Below are positions 25,638-39,237 of a stretch of DNA of 64,000 nucleotides, one piece after another. Position numbers and translations under genes: made by a program. The notes under the pieces were generated by a model. It saw nothing but the letters and a program-made list of their open reading frames with translations, made no database searches and was not told the DNA's origin. The stretch comes from Stegostoma tigrinum (Eukaryota). How positions within the stretch are numbered: the first letter of the stretch is position 1; every line of letters starts with the position of its first letter. The stretch covers positions 32,842,704 through 32,906,703 of the forward strand of contig NC_081361.1 in assembly GCF_030684315.1 (NCBI RefSeq). Reading direction: 5' to 3'.

Positions 25638-25809
25638 AGCTTTTGTGCTCCTGAGATGCTGCTTGGCTTGCTGTGTTCATCCAGCTCTACACTTTGTTAT
25701 CAAAATGAGATTATATGATTTATCTGAGTTACAGACTTTGGGTTACACTGCCTCTGGCTTACAGCAAATTAATAAAAATGTTACTTCAGAAAACCTCAAT
25801 AGAGCAGAG

Positions 25810-26160
25810 ACGGCTAAAGGGAGAGTTGATGAGGCCCATCATAACAAAGGACTTTGATAGGAAATTGAACAGAAATTGTTTCCACTGGCAGGATGGTTGA
25901 TAATGAGGGGACACAGATTTGAGAGAACTGATAAACAAAAAAACAAAGTAGAAATGAGGACACTTTGATGTGGTGAGTTATGAAAGCATTGCTTGACAGG
26001 ATGCTGGAAGCAAACTCAGTTGTAATTTTGAAACAGGAGTTAATTCGAGATCAAGCAAAAGATTGAAGGGCTATAAGGAAAGAACAGGGACGTGGGACTA
26101 CTTACCTAACTCCTTCAAAGGACTAGGACAGACACAGTGGGCTGAATGGCTTTCTATTTG
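25810..26160 (+). mobile_element. Decayed CR1-type LINE 3' end
   Basis: TAATGAGGGGACACAGATTTGAG (RGHRF) and 3' UTR-like GACACAGTGGGCTGAATGGCTTTCT. Confidence 0.55.
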
Positions 26161-26317
26161 TGACTTTATACTATGACCAAGAAGTAACATGCTGTGCATA
26201 TATTAAATGGATACTGTGCCCTCCACACTATATGTGCCTTTTTGCACAAATCTCCATTAAATAATAAAATGAATCCCCATGATGTTTATTTGCGTCTCTA
26301 TTTATAATGCTATTGAC

Positions 26318-26339
26318 AGAGAGAGAGAGAGAGAGAGAG
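26318..26339. repeat. (AG)n microsatellite
   Basis: Direct reading. Confidence 0.95.
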
Positions 26340-27452
26340 GCTACAAAAATCCCTTTTCCTAATAACCCATATGCGAGCAAACCTCAAGTTATACTTTATG
26401 TTAATATGTTGCAGGTCACAATCTACTGCTCACCTGTACATGTTCTATATTTATGGCATTTAACCAGGGACTAACATTAACCATGTGGCAAAGAACTCTG
26501 GCTGCTAGAAATATGTAACAAAAAACAGAAAGTGCTGGAGAACTGTTCTGTAGGAGGGTCACTGGACTCAAAGCATTAACTCTGTTTCTCTCTCCACAGA
26601 TATTGTGAAATGTTAAAAATACATTTACAACAGTTTGTTTGCAAATTTAACATTCAAAAGGAATTAAATTGATGTAAAACATACGTATGCTGGTATAATG
26701 CTTGGATAGAAGCAAAATACTGTGGAATCTTGACATTTAAGATAAAAATGAGACTTTCTAGAAAACATCAGTTAGCATTTCAGGTTGATGAAGTTTTGTC
26801 GAAACTGGAAGAAGCGATGTTATAGTTTTTTTAAACCAAGTATAGAGGCCGGGAAAGGAGTGGAATGAAAAAATATGTAATTTAATGCTCAGATTATGTA
26901 TTTTTAAAAAAGCACATTAACAAATCTCTTTTCTATTTTCTACTTCCAACCTTCAAGCTTTCTGTAGCCGTCCTTTGTGTGGGGCCATTAAATTAATTGA
27001 ATATTGTCATACCAAAATAAAATGAACTGTCTTATATTTGCAGATTTTCTGCACCAAAAGTATTGTGCACCTTCAAAACCCAAGCAACCAGACATGTATT
27101 GCCATGACTACACAACAAAAGTTGAAAAAAAGGTTGGAAATGTTACAGATTTGAATGAAATCTTGGTGAAGTTAGAGTGCCTTTCATGACATGGAGTCAA
27201 GGAAGGCTAATGATGGTGAACTTATAAAAACAGACATTGTACTTCAGCACTGTTTGCAAAACTACAAGCATGATTAGGACAGGACAAAGCAGTAAGACAC
27301 ATTGATGCTCTCTGTATTAGAACTTCGAGTTTATTTAAATTTGAATTTATTTTGCAGGCGAGAGTGAAAGGTTACTCAAAGAGAAAGCTGCGCCACCTAC
27401 TGGACAGATACAAGAGATGTGCAAATACAGAACTGAAATGAAGAAATATATT

Positions 27453-27655
27453 GAGATGGTAGGAACTGCAGATGCTGGAGAATCTGAGATGACAAGGTGT
27501 AGAGCTGGATGAACACAGCAGGCCAAGCAGCATCAGAGGAGCAGGAAGGCTGATGTTTTGGGCCTAGACCGGTCTCGGCCTGAAACATCAGCCTTCCTGC
27601 TCCTCTGCTGCTGCTTGGCCTGCTGTGTTCATCCAGCTCTATACCTTGTTATCTC
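27453..27655. mobile_element. Fold-back PLE terminal-repeat insertion, family A
   Basis: Near-perfect palindrome centred on GGCCTAGACCGGTCTCGGCC. Tail on the left arm only. TSD TGAAGAAATATATT (27439-27452) / TGAAGAAATATGTT (27656-27669). Confidence 0.88.
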
Positions 27656-28139
27656 TGAAGAAATATGTTATTATGTTTTCTATCACAGTGTGGAAGAGGA
27701 ATGTTTTTGATTTTACAGTTGGTTTGTGCAGTCAGAAACTTTGAAAGCTGCAATATAGTGAATCACTATTAGCAGAAGGTAAAGAGTTAGCATGAGGGTA
27801 GCTCAGGAGTTAGGACTTGAGAAGGAAGAGCATGAGTTGGGTGTCTTAGAAGTGATCACATACGAAAGTGGAATGCTTGGTGTATGTGGGAGGGGCAAAG
27901 GCTTGGAGATTAGGTTAAAGCTGAGGCAGAGACAACAATGCAGAAAGTCTCAGCCAATCAAGATGATATGTCTGTGCTTAGCATTTGGACGGATGTGTGG
28001 TTGAAAGCTAACATGTTTGAAGAGGTGGCTCATTGTAGTTCATTTGCACTGTTTCTTTTACTCTAAACAAATCACTACTTTTGCTATCAGAGGAATGCGC
28101 ATCAAATATCAGGATTGAAAAGAAGCACTAGCTTTTGGG

Positions 28140-28266
28140 GATAGTAGGAGCTGCCGATGCTGGAGAATCTGAGATAACAAGGTGTGGAGCTGGATGAACA
28201 CAGCAGGCTGAGGAGCATCAGAGGAGCAGGAAAGCTGATGTTTCGGGCCGAGACCCTTCTTCGGAA
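28140..28266 (-). mobile_element. Solo PLE terminal repeat, family A, with tail
   Basis: GATAGTAGGAGCTGCCGATGCTGGAGAATCTGAGATAAC...GATGTTTCGGGCCGAGACCCTTCTTCGG. Confidence 0.8.
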
Positions 28267-29779
28267 AAGGCTTGTGTTGTAGGGCAGCAGTTTCATTAGG
28301 AGGAGATTTCTTCTGCCTAGCCTATTATCCACCAGGGATCCAGTTCCATGGGCAGAGCCTGCTAGTTTATTATGGAAACTGTTACAATTCCTGTTGCTGC
28401 AGACACCTGGATATCTGGCCATGGGGGCCGTAGGGATCATGAGTTAAATCGAAACCTCCTCTCACTTGGTGTTGCTGTGGCTACTGAACAGTGATCACGA
28501 GTAGGAGGCAGATTTTCATTGCTAACTATAGGGTTTGTTGGCCATGTGCATCAGTTTCCCCGCCACTCTGGCTGAGATTAGTGAACAGATCTGGCAGTGT
28601 TCTTTATCAGTATTTTCCTTCTTTACAGTGGTACATAACACCTCTTATCTCTAGGAATCCAGACCTTTGCAATCTGAGGTATAGGGGAGAGATCAGTTTC
28701 ATGCGTCAGGTAGCCACTGATCAATATTCTCCAGATCTAGGGACATGATAACTTAGAACATGAAAACCTGTAATTTAGATTTCAAGTCAAAAAGGGCTAT
28801 TTTTTCAAAAAAACATGATTAATATTGATGGTCTCCTATTGGCTTAATTAAGGCAGTCTGATTCCTAACAATACATAATTTAATTTCTAATTGCTAGGAC
28901 AATATTCTAGAGAGAGATAAAGTGATGGATATCTTGACAGTCTGCGCAGCTAATGGTATGTTGTGTTGTTAATCTGTGCCTTTATTCTCCGCTTTTGATG
29001 CTGTATTGATGCTTAATAAATCTGCAAGAGTTGGCTTTTTGGATCAGTTGCCCAGGGTTGCTAACCTTTCAGAGTCTCTGTTAATGGAAATTTCTGACAC
29101 ATTGTTATGCACTATATCAGGTACTATATGGATGATGTGTGTTTGCATTAAAGCTAATCATTGTTGCTGTAGCAGTCAAAATAATCCTTTCCATCTTTTA
29201 AACCCACTGGCATCAATAAAAGAATGAAAGCTGAGGTTGCTTGTGTATAATGCCTAGAAGAATGTGTATACACACCCAGTTACAAATGCTCAGCAACATA
29301 GAATTTACTTGTTGTCATTTGCATTCTCCACCCTCATTCTCAAACAAACAAAATACCGGGGCCTAGTGTTGTCACATTGCTCACACAAAAGACCAAGAGG
29401 AAGGTGAGTTCTCAAAAGACACCGACTCAAAACGGATGCTCAATTCACTTCCCAAACTAGCAGCAGAGAAAAGACAATGCTTTTTCAAACTGACGCTCTT
29501 TGATCATTTGAAGAAGTGCTGAATCAACATTTTAAGAGCATTAGTGCTTGTAGTATTATATAGCAGGAGCAAAGTACCATACTTGAGCCCAGACAGTTCG
29601 GGACTGAATATCGTCAGACTGTGATTCAGCAATTGATGTTAGGATTGCATTTACACAATGTGCTGACACCCCGCTGAAGTCTGCGATTCCTGATCTGACT
29701 TCATGTGTTCAGCCACATATGGAAAAACAATCTCCCATTTGTGACATGAATAGTCTCAATCATCTTCAGCTACTGCATG

Positions 29780-30111
29780 GTTGGTGATGATTGCACAGTG
29801 TTTAGTACCATTTACAATCAGAAGCTGATGCAGCCTGTGTCCAATTGTTAACAAGTTCTGAACTCTGTCGAGATAAATTAATGATAAGTAGCAAATAACA
29901 CTTGTACAACCTAAGTGCTAGGCAATGTCTATCACCAACAAAAGGGAATCCAACATTTCCTTTTGACATTTAATGGAATTACTCAAATTCTCCAATATCA
30001 ACATCCTGAAGCTTACAATTGAGCAGAAACTTATCTGGTCTAGCATGCAAATACTATGGCTGCAAAAACTGATGACAGGCGGGGAACTCTGGAGCAAGCA
30101 ACTTGTGTGCG

Positions 30112-30145
<34 letters not shown>

Positions 30146-30650
30146 TCCTGTCCACCATCTATGAGGCACATGTTAGGAATGTGGTAAAATACCCTCTACT
30201 TGCCTGGTTGATTGCAGCTTCCACAACATTCAAGAAGCTCAACTCTGCCTGGATATACAGTGTGCTAGATCCGCAGCCCATTCACCGTATGATGTATGCT
30301 TCTTCCAGCAGTGGAGCACAGTAGTAGTAGTGTGCGCCAATTGCAAAATGCACTGAGCAACTCACCAAGGCTCCTTCGACAGCATCTTCCAAACTCAAAA
30401 CCTCTACCACAGACGATGAGGAATGCAGTTGCATGGGGGAAGCATACCATCTCCAAGTCACGCTCCATTCTTGGAATTATATTGCTAGCCTTTTACTGAA
30501 TTAAAACCCCCTCTAAAAACACCATCGGTATGCTGACACCACATGGACTAGGGCTCAAGAAGGTGGCTCATGAACCCTTTCAGTAGGGCAATTAGGTCAA
30601 GCATTAATTGGTGGCCATTCAAGAGAAGCTTATATCCCAAGAACAAATAA
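29780..30650 (+). mobile_element. Decayed CR1/L2-clade LINE 3' portion containing a (CA)n tract
   Basis: GGTGATGATTGCACAGTGTTTAG (xDD motif) and LSTIYEAHVRNVVKYPLLAW. Homologous to 33320-34870. Confidence 0.65.
30112..30145. repeat. (CA)n microsatellite
   Basis: Direct reading. Confidence 0.95.
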
Positions 30651-33039
30651 AAAGTATATCATTCCTCAGTTAAGGTCCCCAGAATAATGTATACTTGGTC
30701 AGCCTTTTTCCTTGTTCTTCCACTGAACTTACAGAGACGGTCTGGTAGGTTGCCCAAGGAAATTCTTATTCATCTAATTATTAACATTAAATCAGATCGA
30801 CACTTCAGCCCTAAAGAATAAAACTTAAATTTATATACAGCCTTATATGACATCAGGATGTCCCAAATCCAATTAAATTCTTTATATTGTGGGCAATGTA
30901 ACCATCAAATACTGCACAGCAAGATTCCCAAAGTGCACAATCCCTGGTAATATAATTTGTTTCAGTACTATTCATACAGGAATAAGTGTTGGCTAAGACA
31001 CCAGGAAGACATGCTTGAATTGTTGTTGTCAAACAAAACTCAATCTTTTGTCTCTATTTTCCTAGAAATTGAGCTATATTCTCAGATAGATGTACCACGA
31101 ATACACACTGAATTCGCAATGGTAACAGCTTCTCTCACCACAGATGCAGCGAGACCTGCTGAGATGCTCTGGAATCTCTGTGTTTGCTCCATGAATACAT
31201 TTCAGGTGTTTGGGAAGTTAGTGATATTACTCTGCCCAATATTCAAGTGAACGATGCCGTCACCTTTGTTCCATATGTCAATGTTGCATTTGTCACCACA
31301 TGTTCCCTTGTTTTTACAGCAGGTGAATAAGACATAACAACATGCCAACAAACTGGTTTATTTTAAATAAAATAATGAATGAACTGAATACAGGTTTTAT
31401 TGTGATGCATGCCAATGTTATATACCACTTGACTCATGAAAAATTTCTGAATATCTGACTGTTTTAATGTCAGGATTATCTTATAATTGCTAAACCTGGT
31501 CAAACCTAAACAACTGGTCCCTAATTTCTGTAACTCAGTATCATATGCACATTTTGTATTTCAAGGGAAGGGAGAGAGAAAGAAAGAGAGAGGCAGGCAG
31601 AGTGAGAGAAGGAAACAGATACTTTAGCAATCACCAAGTCATCAAATTGGACACACTTCTTCCCTTACAGCTTTCCCCTTACTTCCTAATACAATTGCTC
31701 TAGCTTGGCAACAATACTAACTGGATACAGACTTGGAATGGCCTGAAACATGGTTTTGATGCTTCTGTGATGAGTGCCATTATTCCTGTTTTAAATTCCA
31801 GGACGATATTATAAAAGTAACATAATGCCTCAGGATCTATGAACTGCACATTTGTATGCTTAATACAATCACAGTCACTTTATAACTGTAATTACATTAG
31901 CCTCGCCCTTCCTTTGAAATCAATGACAATGCTGAATTTATGAATAAATGCTGATTTAATTGCCATTGCCATCCAAGTTCTTAAAGTTGGATGTTGGGCG
32001 CTAGATCATAAGTTGATTTATCTCTCCCAGATGGGTTCTATAAACATATTTTCGATAGCAGGTGAGTTAGAAAAACATAGCTACAGTGAATGAACAAGCT
32101 CAGAGGAGCAATATTTTTTCTATCTTCTTGTACATCATGGCTTGATCTTGCAGGATTTGGTTGCAGAAAGCACTTATTTCACAACATGATACCTCGCACA
32201 GATCTTCAAATTTTGGAAATTTTTGACTATAATATCCTGTCTTCCAAGACAGAGTTTGTTCTCCTTGTACAGCCCATTGGGAATACTTGAAGTTTTACTT
32301 CAATAACAGTTCATTAAGTACAAAAGGAGCATTTTGTGCAAGTATATGGAAACTTAATAATCTTCCTTCTTTAAGATTTTGTCTGTTTAGTTAGGAAGAC
32401 TTGAATTTTAAGTTGGCTGGGTGTTAGAATTTGGCACTCCCTCTTTATACCTATCTAGTTCACTTTCCTCTTTAAAAGCACTCCTTAACAATTATTCTTT
32501 CACCAAATGTTTGGTTACCTGACTGGAACTGTCCTTAATTATATGCTTCGGTGGCCATATTTTGTTTTGCAACATTCCTGTGCACTGACTTGGATGTTTT
32601 ATTATGTTAGGTGTGTCGCACACGTTTGTGTTGTGTATAAAGGAATCATGCATTAAAAACTGGGACACTGAACTATAGACTTGTTTCTGTGGCACCTCAA
32701 GACAAATAATAACTTTTCATGTTCCTCATCTGTAAACTTTCACTGGTTAAGGGTCATAGTTTAAGAATAAGACAACTCCCTCTTAACACATAGATGCAAA
32801 GATTTATTTTCTGTCAAAGGGTTGTTCAAGTGTGGAATTCCCTTCTGGAAGGTAGTGTAGTCTGAGTCTTTAGATTCAGCCAAGGCTGACTTAGATAGCT
32901 CATCAATAGACAAGGAAATTAATTGTTATGGGACAGCAGATAGAAAAGTGGAGCTCAGACTGTACCTATGATTTAAAGAACAATAGAGCAAGGTCCAAGG
33001 ACCAAATTCGTTACTGTTTTTCCTACTTTTGATGGAACA

Positions 33040-33275
33040 GCTGTGGTGTCATGCTAACATCGCTTGGCTAGTAATCTAGAACTACAGATTAATATTCTGA
33101 GGACTTGGCTTCAAATCCCAGGTGAGTTCAATTAAAATCTCTTTACTGTGACTATGTATCAATTGTTGTAAAAACTGTTCACTAATGGCCTTTAGGGAAG
33201 GAAATCTGCCATCCATACCTGATCTGACCTATAAATGGTTGCAGGCCCCAGCTATTTGGTTGACTCTTAACTGCT
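33040..33275 (+). mobile_element. SacSINE/DeuSINE-like tRNA-derived SINE relic
   Basis: CTAGTAATCTAGA..GCTTCAAATCCCA head and TTCACTAATGGCCTTTAGGGAAGGAAATCTGCC..GGTTGACTCTTAACTGC body. Confidence 0.6.
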
Positions 33276-33514
33276 ATGTCAGTAATAAATGCTGCCCCAG
33301 CTGGAGGTCATTTATCTCAGCTGCATGACATCCCTGCAGGAGATCTTCAGGGTAGTGTCCTATGCCCAGCCATCTTCAGCTGCTTTATGAATGACTTTCC
33401 CTCCATAACAAGGTCAGAAGTGGGAATGTTTGCCGATGACTACACTATGTTCAGCACCAATCATGGCTCCTGAGATACTGAAGCAGTCTATGTTCAAATA
33501 CCGGCTTGGACTTT

Positions 33515-34070
33515 TTAAAAAAATTCATTTACAGGATGAGGACATTGCTGGCTAGGCTAGCATTCATTGCCTGTCCCTAATTGTCCAGAGGGCATTTATG
33601 CATTAACCACATTGTTGCAAGTCTGCAGTCAGACATAGGCCTGACCAATTAAGGATGGTGGTTTCTCTCCCTAAAGTATATTGTGAACCAGATGTGTCTG
33701 ACGATTGGCAATGGATTCATGGTCATCTTTAAACTCTTTCAGATTTTTATTGAATTCAAGCTCATCTGCTATGACAGGATTTGAACCCAGGTCACCGGAC
33801 CATTGTGTCTTTGGATTAACAGTATAGTGATAATACCAGTGATAATGGGAACTGCAGATGCTGGAGAATCCAAGATAATAAAATGTGAGGCTGGATGAAC
33901 ACAGCAGGCCCAGCAGCATCTCAGGAGCACAATTCCAGAACCCTCTCCCCATCCCCCTCTCTGATGAAGGGTCTAGGCCTGAAACGTCAGCTTTTGTGCT
34001 CTTGAGATGCTGCTGGGCCTGCTGTGTTCATCCAGCCTCACATTTTATTATAGTGATAATACCACTAGGT
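33515..34070 (-). mobile_element. SacSINE/DeuSINE-like SINE, split near its tRNA head by a PLE fold-back
   Basis: GGATTTGAACCCAGG (B box on the minus strand) at ~33777. Body complementary to 33040-33275. Head continues as TAATACCACTAGG after 34050. Confidence 0.65.
33839..34050. mobile_element. Fold-back PLE terminal-repeat insertion, family A
   Basis: Left arm with tail, right arm with CTGATGAAGGGTCTAGGCCTGAAACGTC (33961-33988). Perfect 16-bp duplication TATAGTGATAATACCA at 33823-33838 and 34049-34064. Confidence 0.88.
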
Positions 34071-36299
34071 TCCCTGCTAACAAGTGCTAAGTTACATTTT
34101 CACTACACACTTGCCAGCCAATGATCATCTCCAACAGAAAAGAATTCAACCACTGTCACATGACATTCTACGGTGATCCCATCATTAGCATTCTTACTAG
34201 CAACATTCTGAGGGTTCCATTAACTAGAAATTGAACTGGACAAGCTATACAAATGCTGTTGATACAAGGCTAAGAATTCTGCAATGGTAACTTATCTCCC
34301 GACTCCCCAGAGCCTGTCCATTATCGACAAGGCACAAATGAGGGGGTTTGGTAGAATACTTTCCACTTTCCTCGATGAGTGAAACTCCAACAAGACTGAC
34401 GAAGGTTGACACCATCCAGGATAAAGTGACGTACTTGGTTGGTACACTATCTGACACCTTCAGCATTCACTGTCCTGATCATCGAAGCCTACTGCAGCAG
34501 TGTATTCTAAGTATAAAATGCACTGTAACAACTTTCCAAAGCTCCTTTGGTAGCATCTCCCAAGCATGAAACCTCTACCATCTGGAAGGACAAAGGGAGT
34601 AGATACTCTTGACTGCCATCTCAGTAACATGGGAAAACCGTCACCTTTGAGTTCCTTGAAGCAACACATCATCCTGACTTGGAACTATATCCCTGTACCT
34701 TCACTGGGTCAAAATTCTGCAACATCCCTCCCTAACAACAGTCTGTGTATACCTAGTGCACAAGAACTGCATTAGTTTGAGAAGGCAGTCAGTGTCACCT
34801 TCTCAAGGGCATTTAGGGATAGGCAAAAAATGCTGCCGAGCCAGTGACACCCATATTCCATGACTGAATAAGGATAAGCACTATGTGATGTAGGTATTCA
34901 TTGTGCTGTTAGGCAGTGTGACCCAGTACTATTGTCAATGTACTTCCATTTGGAGCTGCCGGGTGTGCCATCGCTTACCCAACTAACCTCGTAAGATTTT
35001 CCTGTTCGACTTTTTCATTTTATGCCACTCAGGACTGACCCTGAGGTTATTTTCATTCAGTGAATGCATCCTGGAGGTTGAAGTGGAGAGTGAAAATGTT
35101 CATGGGGCAGTTGAGCTGGGGTTTGGTGAAAAGCACAGACATAGGTTTTTAAATTCACACTATGTAAAGTTAACTTGGGCTATCACACGTGGCTTTGTAA
35201 CAGGAGTTTGTGGTGATGGAGTTAAAAAGCAGAATAATGTTAGATTTCATTGCTATCCTGACTGGTGAGTTCAAAGGTAGTTTGAAAATTGCCAATTTTA
35301 TAGATGACAAAACATATTTACATTTGTAGGAGATTTTTTTAAACATCACTTCAAAGGCTTTGAGAATCAAGCAAGATAGTGTGAAATGAGCACTGTTATT
35401 GCTGTTGCAATTTTTTTGTTTTATTTGTTCCTTTCACAAACACTTACTTTGAAAGTTCTCAATTGATTTGATTCTGTTCCATAATAGTCAAATTCTTGAG
35501 GCATGGTTTTAATTTTACATAAAAATGTGGGCTAACAACATTTCAGCTGTACAAGGATAACCTTGAGAATATTTTAATTCAATCAGATTCCACCCTGTTG
35601 CTAAATTTTGTTGCATCTAGAATTGTCGCTGGGTAAATTAATCATCTTCTGTTCAACCTTTGCAATGTTAATTTTAAATTTTTGCACTTACTTATATGAA
35701 GTTGGATCGTTGAAAATGGGTGGTTCCGATGAAGTCATCCAATCACATCAACATTAGAATATGGGCTGTCCTGGTACCTATAAGTTTAAAGTAAGATTTT
35801 CCCCAGTCACCGTAGAAGAATGGAGTGTGAATGTGCCTGTTAAGTGCTGAATTTAATCAAGGTAAGTAGTGATTGTGATCATAAGTATAAAGAAGATCTT
35901 GTGTGACGCTTTTGCAGGTATGGTTTATTATCAGATGCTATCTTAGTTACTGTAAGTAATCAAATAAGTTGAAATAAATTCACCCTCCAAATAATAAAAA
36001 GAAATGGCCTTTGTCCTGGGTGAAGATATCACCTGTTGATGCTTGAACAAATCTATATATTGCTCAGTAGCTGATCTTCCCTCACTTTGTGTAACAGTCA
36101 GATGCTTAGGATAACTTCAGTGCTTTTCTACTAGAGGCAGAATGAGATTTAAAAGAAAAGCTAGGGATTTGCAGATTTACAGTAAAATAATAAGATTCAA
36201 ACCTAGCAATAGCTAATATTTAAACAATGACATATACTGATTGATTTGAAAGATAATAGGAGCTGGTCTAAAGGAGTCTGTTGCAAACTTCTCCGACAC

Positions 36300-37380
36300 C
36301 AGTATTTCCTGGTATATCCCTGGTGCCTTGGTGAAGATTGTCACTGAGTGGCTGCAGTGCACCTTAACCAGGGACAGTGAACAACTAGCACTCATGGTCC
36401 ACATTGGGACCAGCAACATAGGGAATAAAGGATGTGGGTGTAACTGTTAGAATTTAGGAATCTAGGTAAAGAATGAGCAAGCAGGGCCTGAAAATTAGTA
36501 ATGTCTGGATTACTCCCACTATTGTGTGTTAATGCATATAGAAAGAACAGGACAAGACTAGGAGGAAAGTTGGCATTGGGGTGCCAACTTTAGATTCTTA
36601 GGTCTTTAGAACTGCCTCTTGGGGAGCTGGGATTTGTACAGGCCGGGTGGTTTGCACCTGAACTGAACTGGGACTAAGTTCCTTTGTGGGCCATTTTGCC
36701 AATATTACAGGGAGGTGTGTAGGAAGCAGGATATAGTAACGACAAAGTCCATATAACGCAGGGAGACATAGATAGTACTAAAATAAAGAGTAGCAAGTTA
36801 ATAGGTGGGGCCAGAGAACGGGAAAATGTAATGAAGTCTAAAGCAGGGTTTACTGTGCATGTGTGTGAATGCACAGAGACAGTGTGGTAACTTGGAAGAG
36901 CTGCCATGCCAATTGTCACATAGAAGTACGATATTGTCGCTTCGTTCAAGGAAGGGCATGACCGGATGCAAAATATTTGGGAAAGACAGGAAAGGAGGAA
37001 AGGTGGCATTATTGATTAAAAGAACATTACAGTGCTGGAGAAAGAGGTAGGCAGAGGGATCAAGGGCAGAACTGACTTGGCTATAGGTAGCAACCAAAAA
37101 ATATGTGATTGCATTGTTTGCTGTATAGTACACCAACTCATGGGAAGGATTGCAGGAAATTACACAGACATGCAAAAGTTTCAGTAGTTATAATGGGGGC
37201 TTTAAGTATCCAAATATAGATTGTGTTAATAATAGTATAAAAATCAGAGAAGGGTAAGCATGCCTGAGGTTTGTTGAGGAAAATTTACTGCAGCCATACA
37301 TTTGTATTCATAAGAAAGTTCATAAGAATGAAATTCTTACAAGTGAGGTAGACCAAGCTGCTCAAGTGTCAGTACAAAAA
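36300..37380 (+). mobile_element. CR1-type LINE 5' relic: esterase (SGNH)-type ORF1 plus start of APE endonuclease
   Basis: MVHIGTSNIG (~36394), VMSGLLP, GLHLN (ORF1 esterase motifs); DRKGGKVALLIK and a degenerate IMGDFN (endonuclease). Confidence 0.65.
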
Positions 37381-37725
37381 AACTAGTGCTAGATCTTCAG
37401 GGCTGCACACTTTCAAACCAAAACACTTGCACAATTGAGCTGGCAGGTCAAAACTGCACTGCCACAGTAAAAACAGAAGCTACTCTAGACAGCTGTCTTG
37501 CAGTTTCAGATGAAGCACTCTTCCTGTTCTATAAATGGTTACTGATGTACAAATCGAATAAATACTTTGCCAGACTGTCATATTATGATGTGACAGAGTT
37601 ATACAAGGTTAGCATGCAGAACACAGAAATTCAGATCATTTTCTCTGAACAAAATATGTCACCATGGGAACCCATTATATTTCCTCATGGTACCTTGTTT
37701 TTTTGAGTGATGCATAGAACATTCT

Positions 37726-37970
37726 TTGTTCCAGTCCTATTTAGGCCGTCTTCCTCACCTCTTTATCTGGTACATTGATAGCTGTATTGTTAGCTTTCCC
37801 TGTTTGCACTCCAAACTGGAAAATTTAAAAACTTTACTTTCAATTCCCACCCTGCCCCTGGCTTCATGTGTTCCAGCACCAACTCTTCCCTTCCTCAACT
37901 TCTCATCTTCACATCTGGGAATAAGCTGCTGACTGCAGTCTATTTGAAGCGCCTGACTCCCACACCTATT
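37726..37970 (+). mobile_element. Old PLE RT fragment
   Basis: FQSYLGRLPHLFIWYIDSC aligns with the PHLFLRHIDD motif of the PLE at ~19000. Confidence 0.6.
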
Positions 37971-39237
37971 TGTTTTAATTTTAGTATCTGCAAAATAAAC
38001 TGACACATTGATCATGAGATATAATACGACAACCCTCATCGTCCTTGACCAACTATCATTTACCCTACAGCTTCCCCTCACCATTGCTCAGTTCCCTGTA
38101 ACAGTGGAACTGCTCCTATTATCCTTGATCTGTCACTGTCTTCATTGACTCATGCTGTATCATCCTTGACATGTCCTGTATTATCCTTGAGTCTCAGAAT
38201 CTAATTACTCAGCCATCTGAATAACTCTTTATCTCCCTGCAATCATATTTGACCCACTCTCTGTAGAAATTAACTTTTTCGGAGTATCCCATTTTCATCC
38301 CTTTTTCCTGTAGCAACATTTATAAGGCTGCTTCCCCCCCTCATCATCTCAGTCAGCCATACACATTTTTCCTTCTGCAACTATCAATCTCATAACTTGA
38401 ACACCTCCGACAATGAAGCTCCCATGAAAGAAAGGCATCTCCAACTCAATGTAAGTCCACCAGGAAGATGTCGTCACCTGCTGAATTTGAAGGCAAATAT
38501 TTCTGCTTTGTTGTGTACTTTGTTCCAAAGGTCCAAATTATTCTCTAGAAGTTGTGTTTTAATGAAGGTACATGTCATGCTATTGAATTAGAAACAGGTT
38601 CCTGCCAATTGCCATCAGGAAGCACAACCCACACTCAAGCCTTTGCCAATGAAATAACCAACTTTTGGCAGCAGACATTTTGCCCTTTGCTCCCCATCGA
38701 TTTGATTCCCTGTGGTCAGGAGCATCATGAGATTTTGCATGTCCCCTGCTGTCCCGGTTTCCCTCCTTCTTTTAAGTTATCTGTTCCAACTCTAGCTTAC
38801 CAATCCCTTTCCGCAACTGGGCAGCCAGCTTGCATCTATTTTATTAGACTGTGATAGAGGCTCAGCAACTCCCTCAGTGGGCTTCCTCAGTTCCTCATGA
38901 TGCTATTAATGTATGTTACCTCTTGGGGAATGGGGAAGGGCATCAGCTACAGAAATTCCCTTCTTTGTTTGGCCTTAACTCTTCTAGAGGCAACATGACT
39001 ACCATATCTACAGCTGAACATCTATCACCCATGTTGCAAATTCCAACTTCCCGATTAGCCGACAGGATATTTGGGGATGAAGGCATTATTACCAATCTCA
39101 TTGTGTAGAGGGAAACATTGAATTCAATTGATGTTTGTCACAATTTTTATGTTTTCTAGCCAAATGTTTGGCTCCTGACACCTCCTGCCTGGTCTGGAAG
39201 TTGACCTTGTTCCCTTGAGTAGGTTACATTAATAATT

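Larger units (their letters stand above)
23463..25701. mobile_element. 2.2-kb fold-back Penelope-like insertion (minus arm 23463-~24435, plus arm ~24436-25701)
   Basis: Mirror-image GIY-YIG ORFs on both strands and terminal repeats at both ends. TSD ATCAAAATAAGATTA (23448-23462) / ATCAAAATGAGATTA (25699-25713). Confidence 0.92.
33320..34870 (+). mobile_element. CR1/L2-clade LINE 3' portion interrupted by a SINE and a PLE fold-back
   Basis: GDLQGSVLCPAIFSCFMNDFPSITRSEVGMFADD (RT motifs) up to ~33510. Resumes at ~34075 with VEYFPLSSMSETPTRLTKVDTIQDK. Confidence 0.75.
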
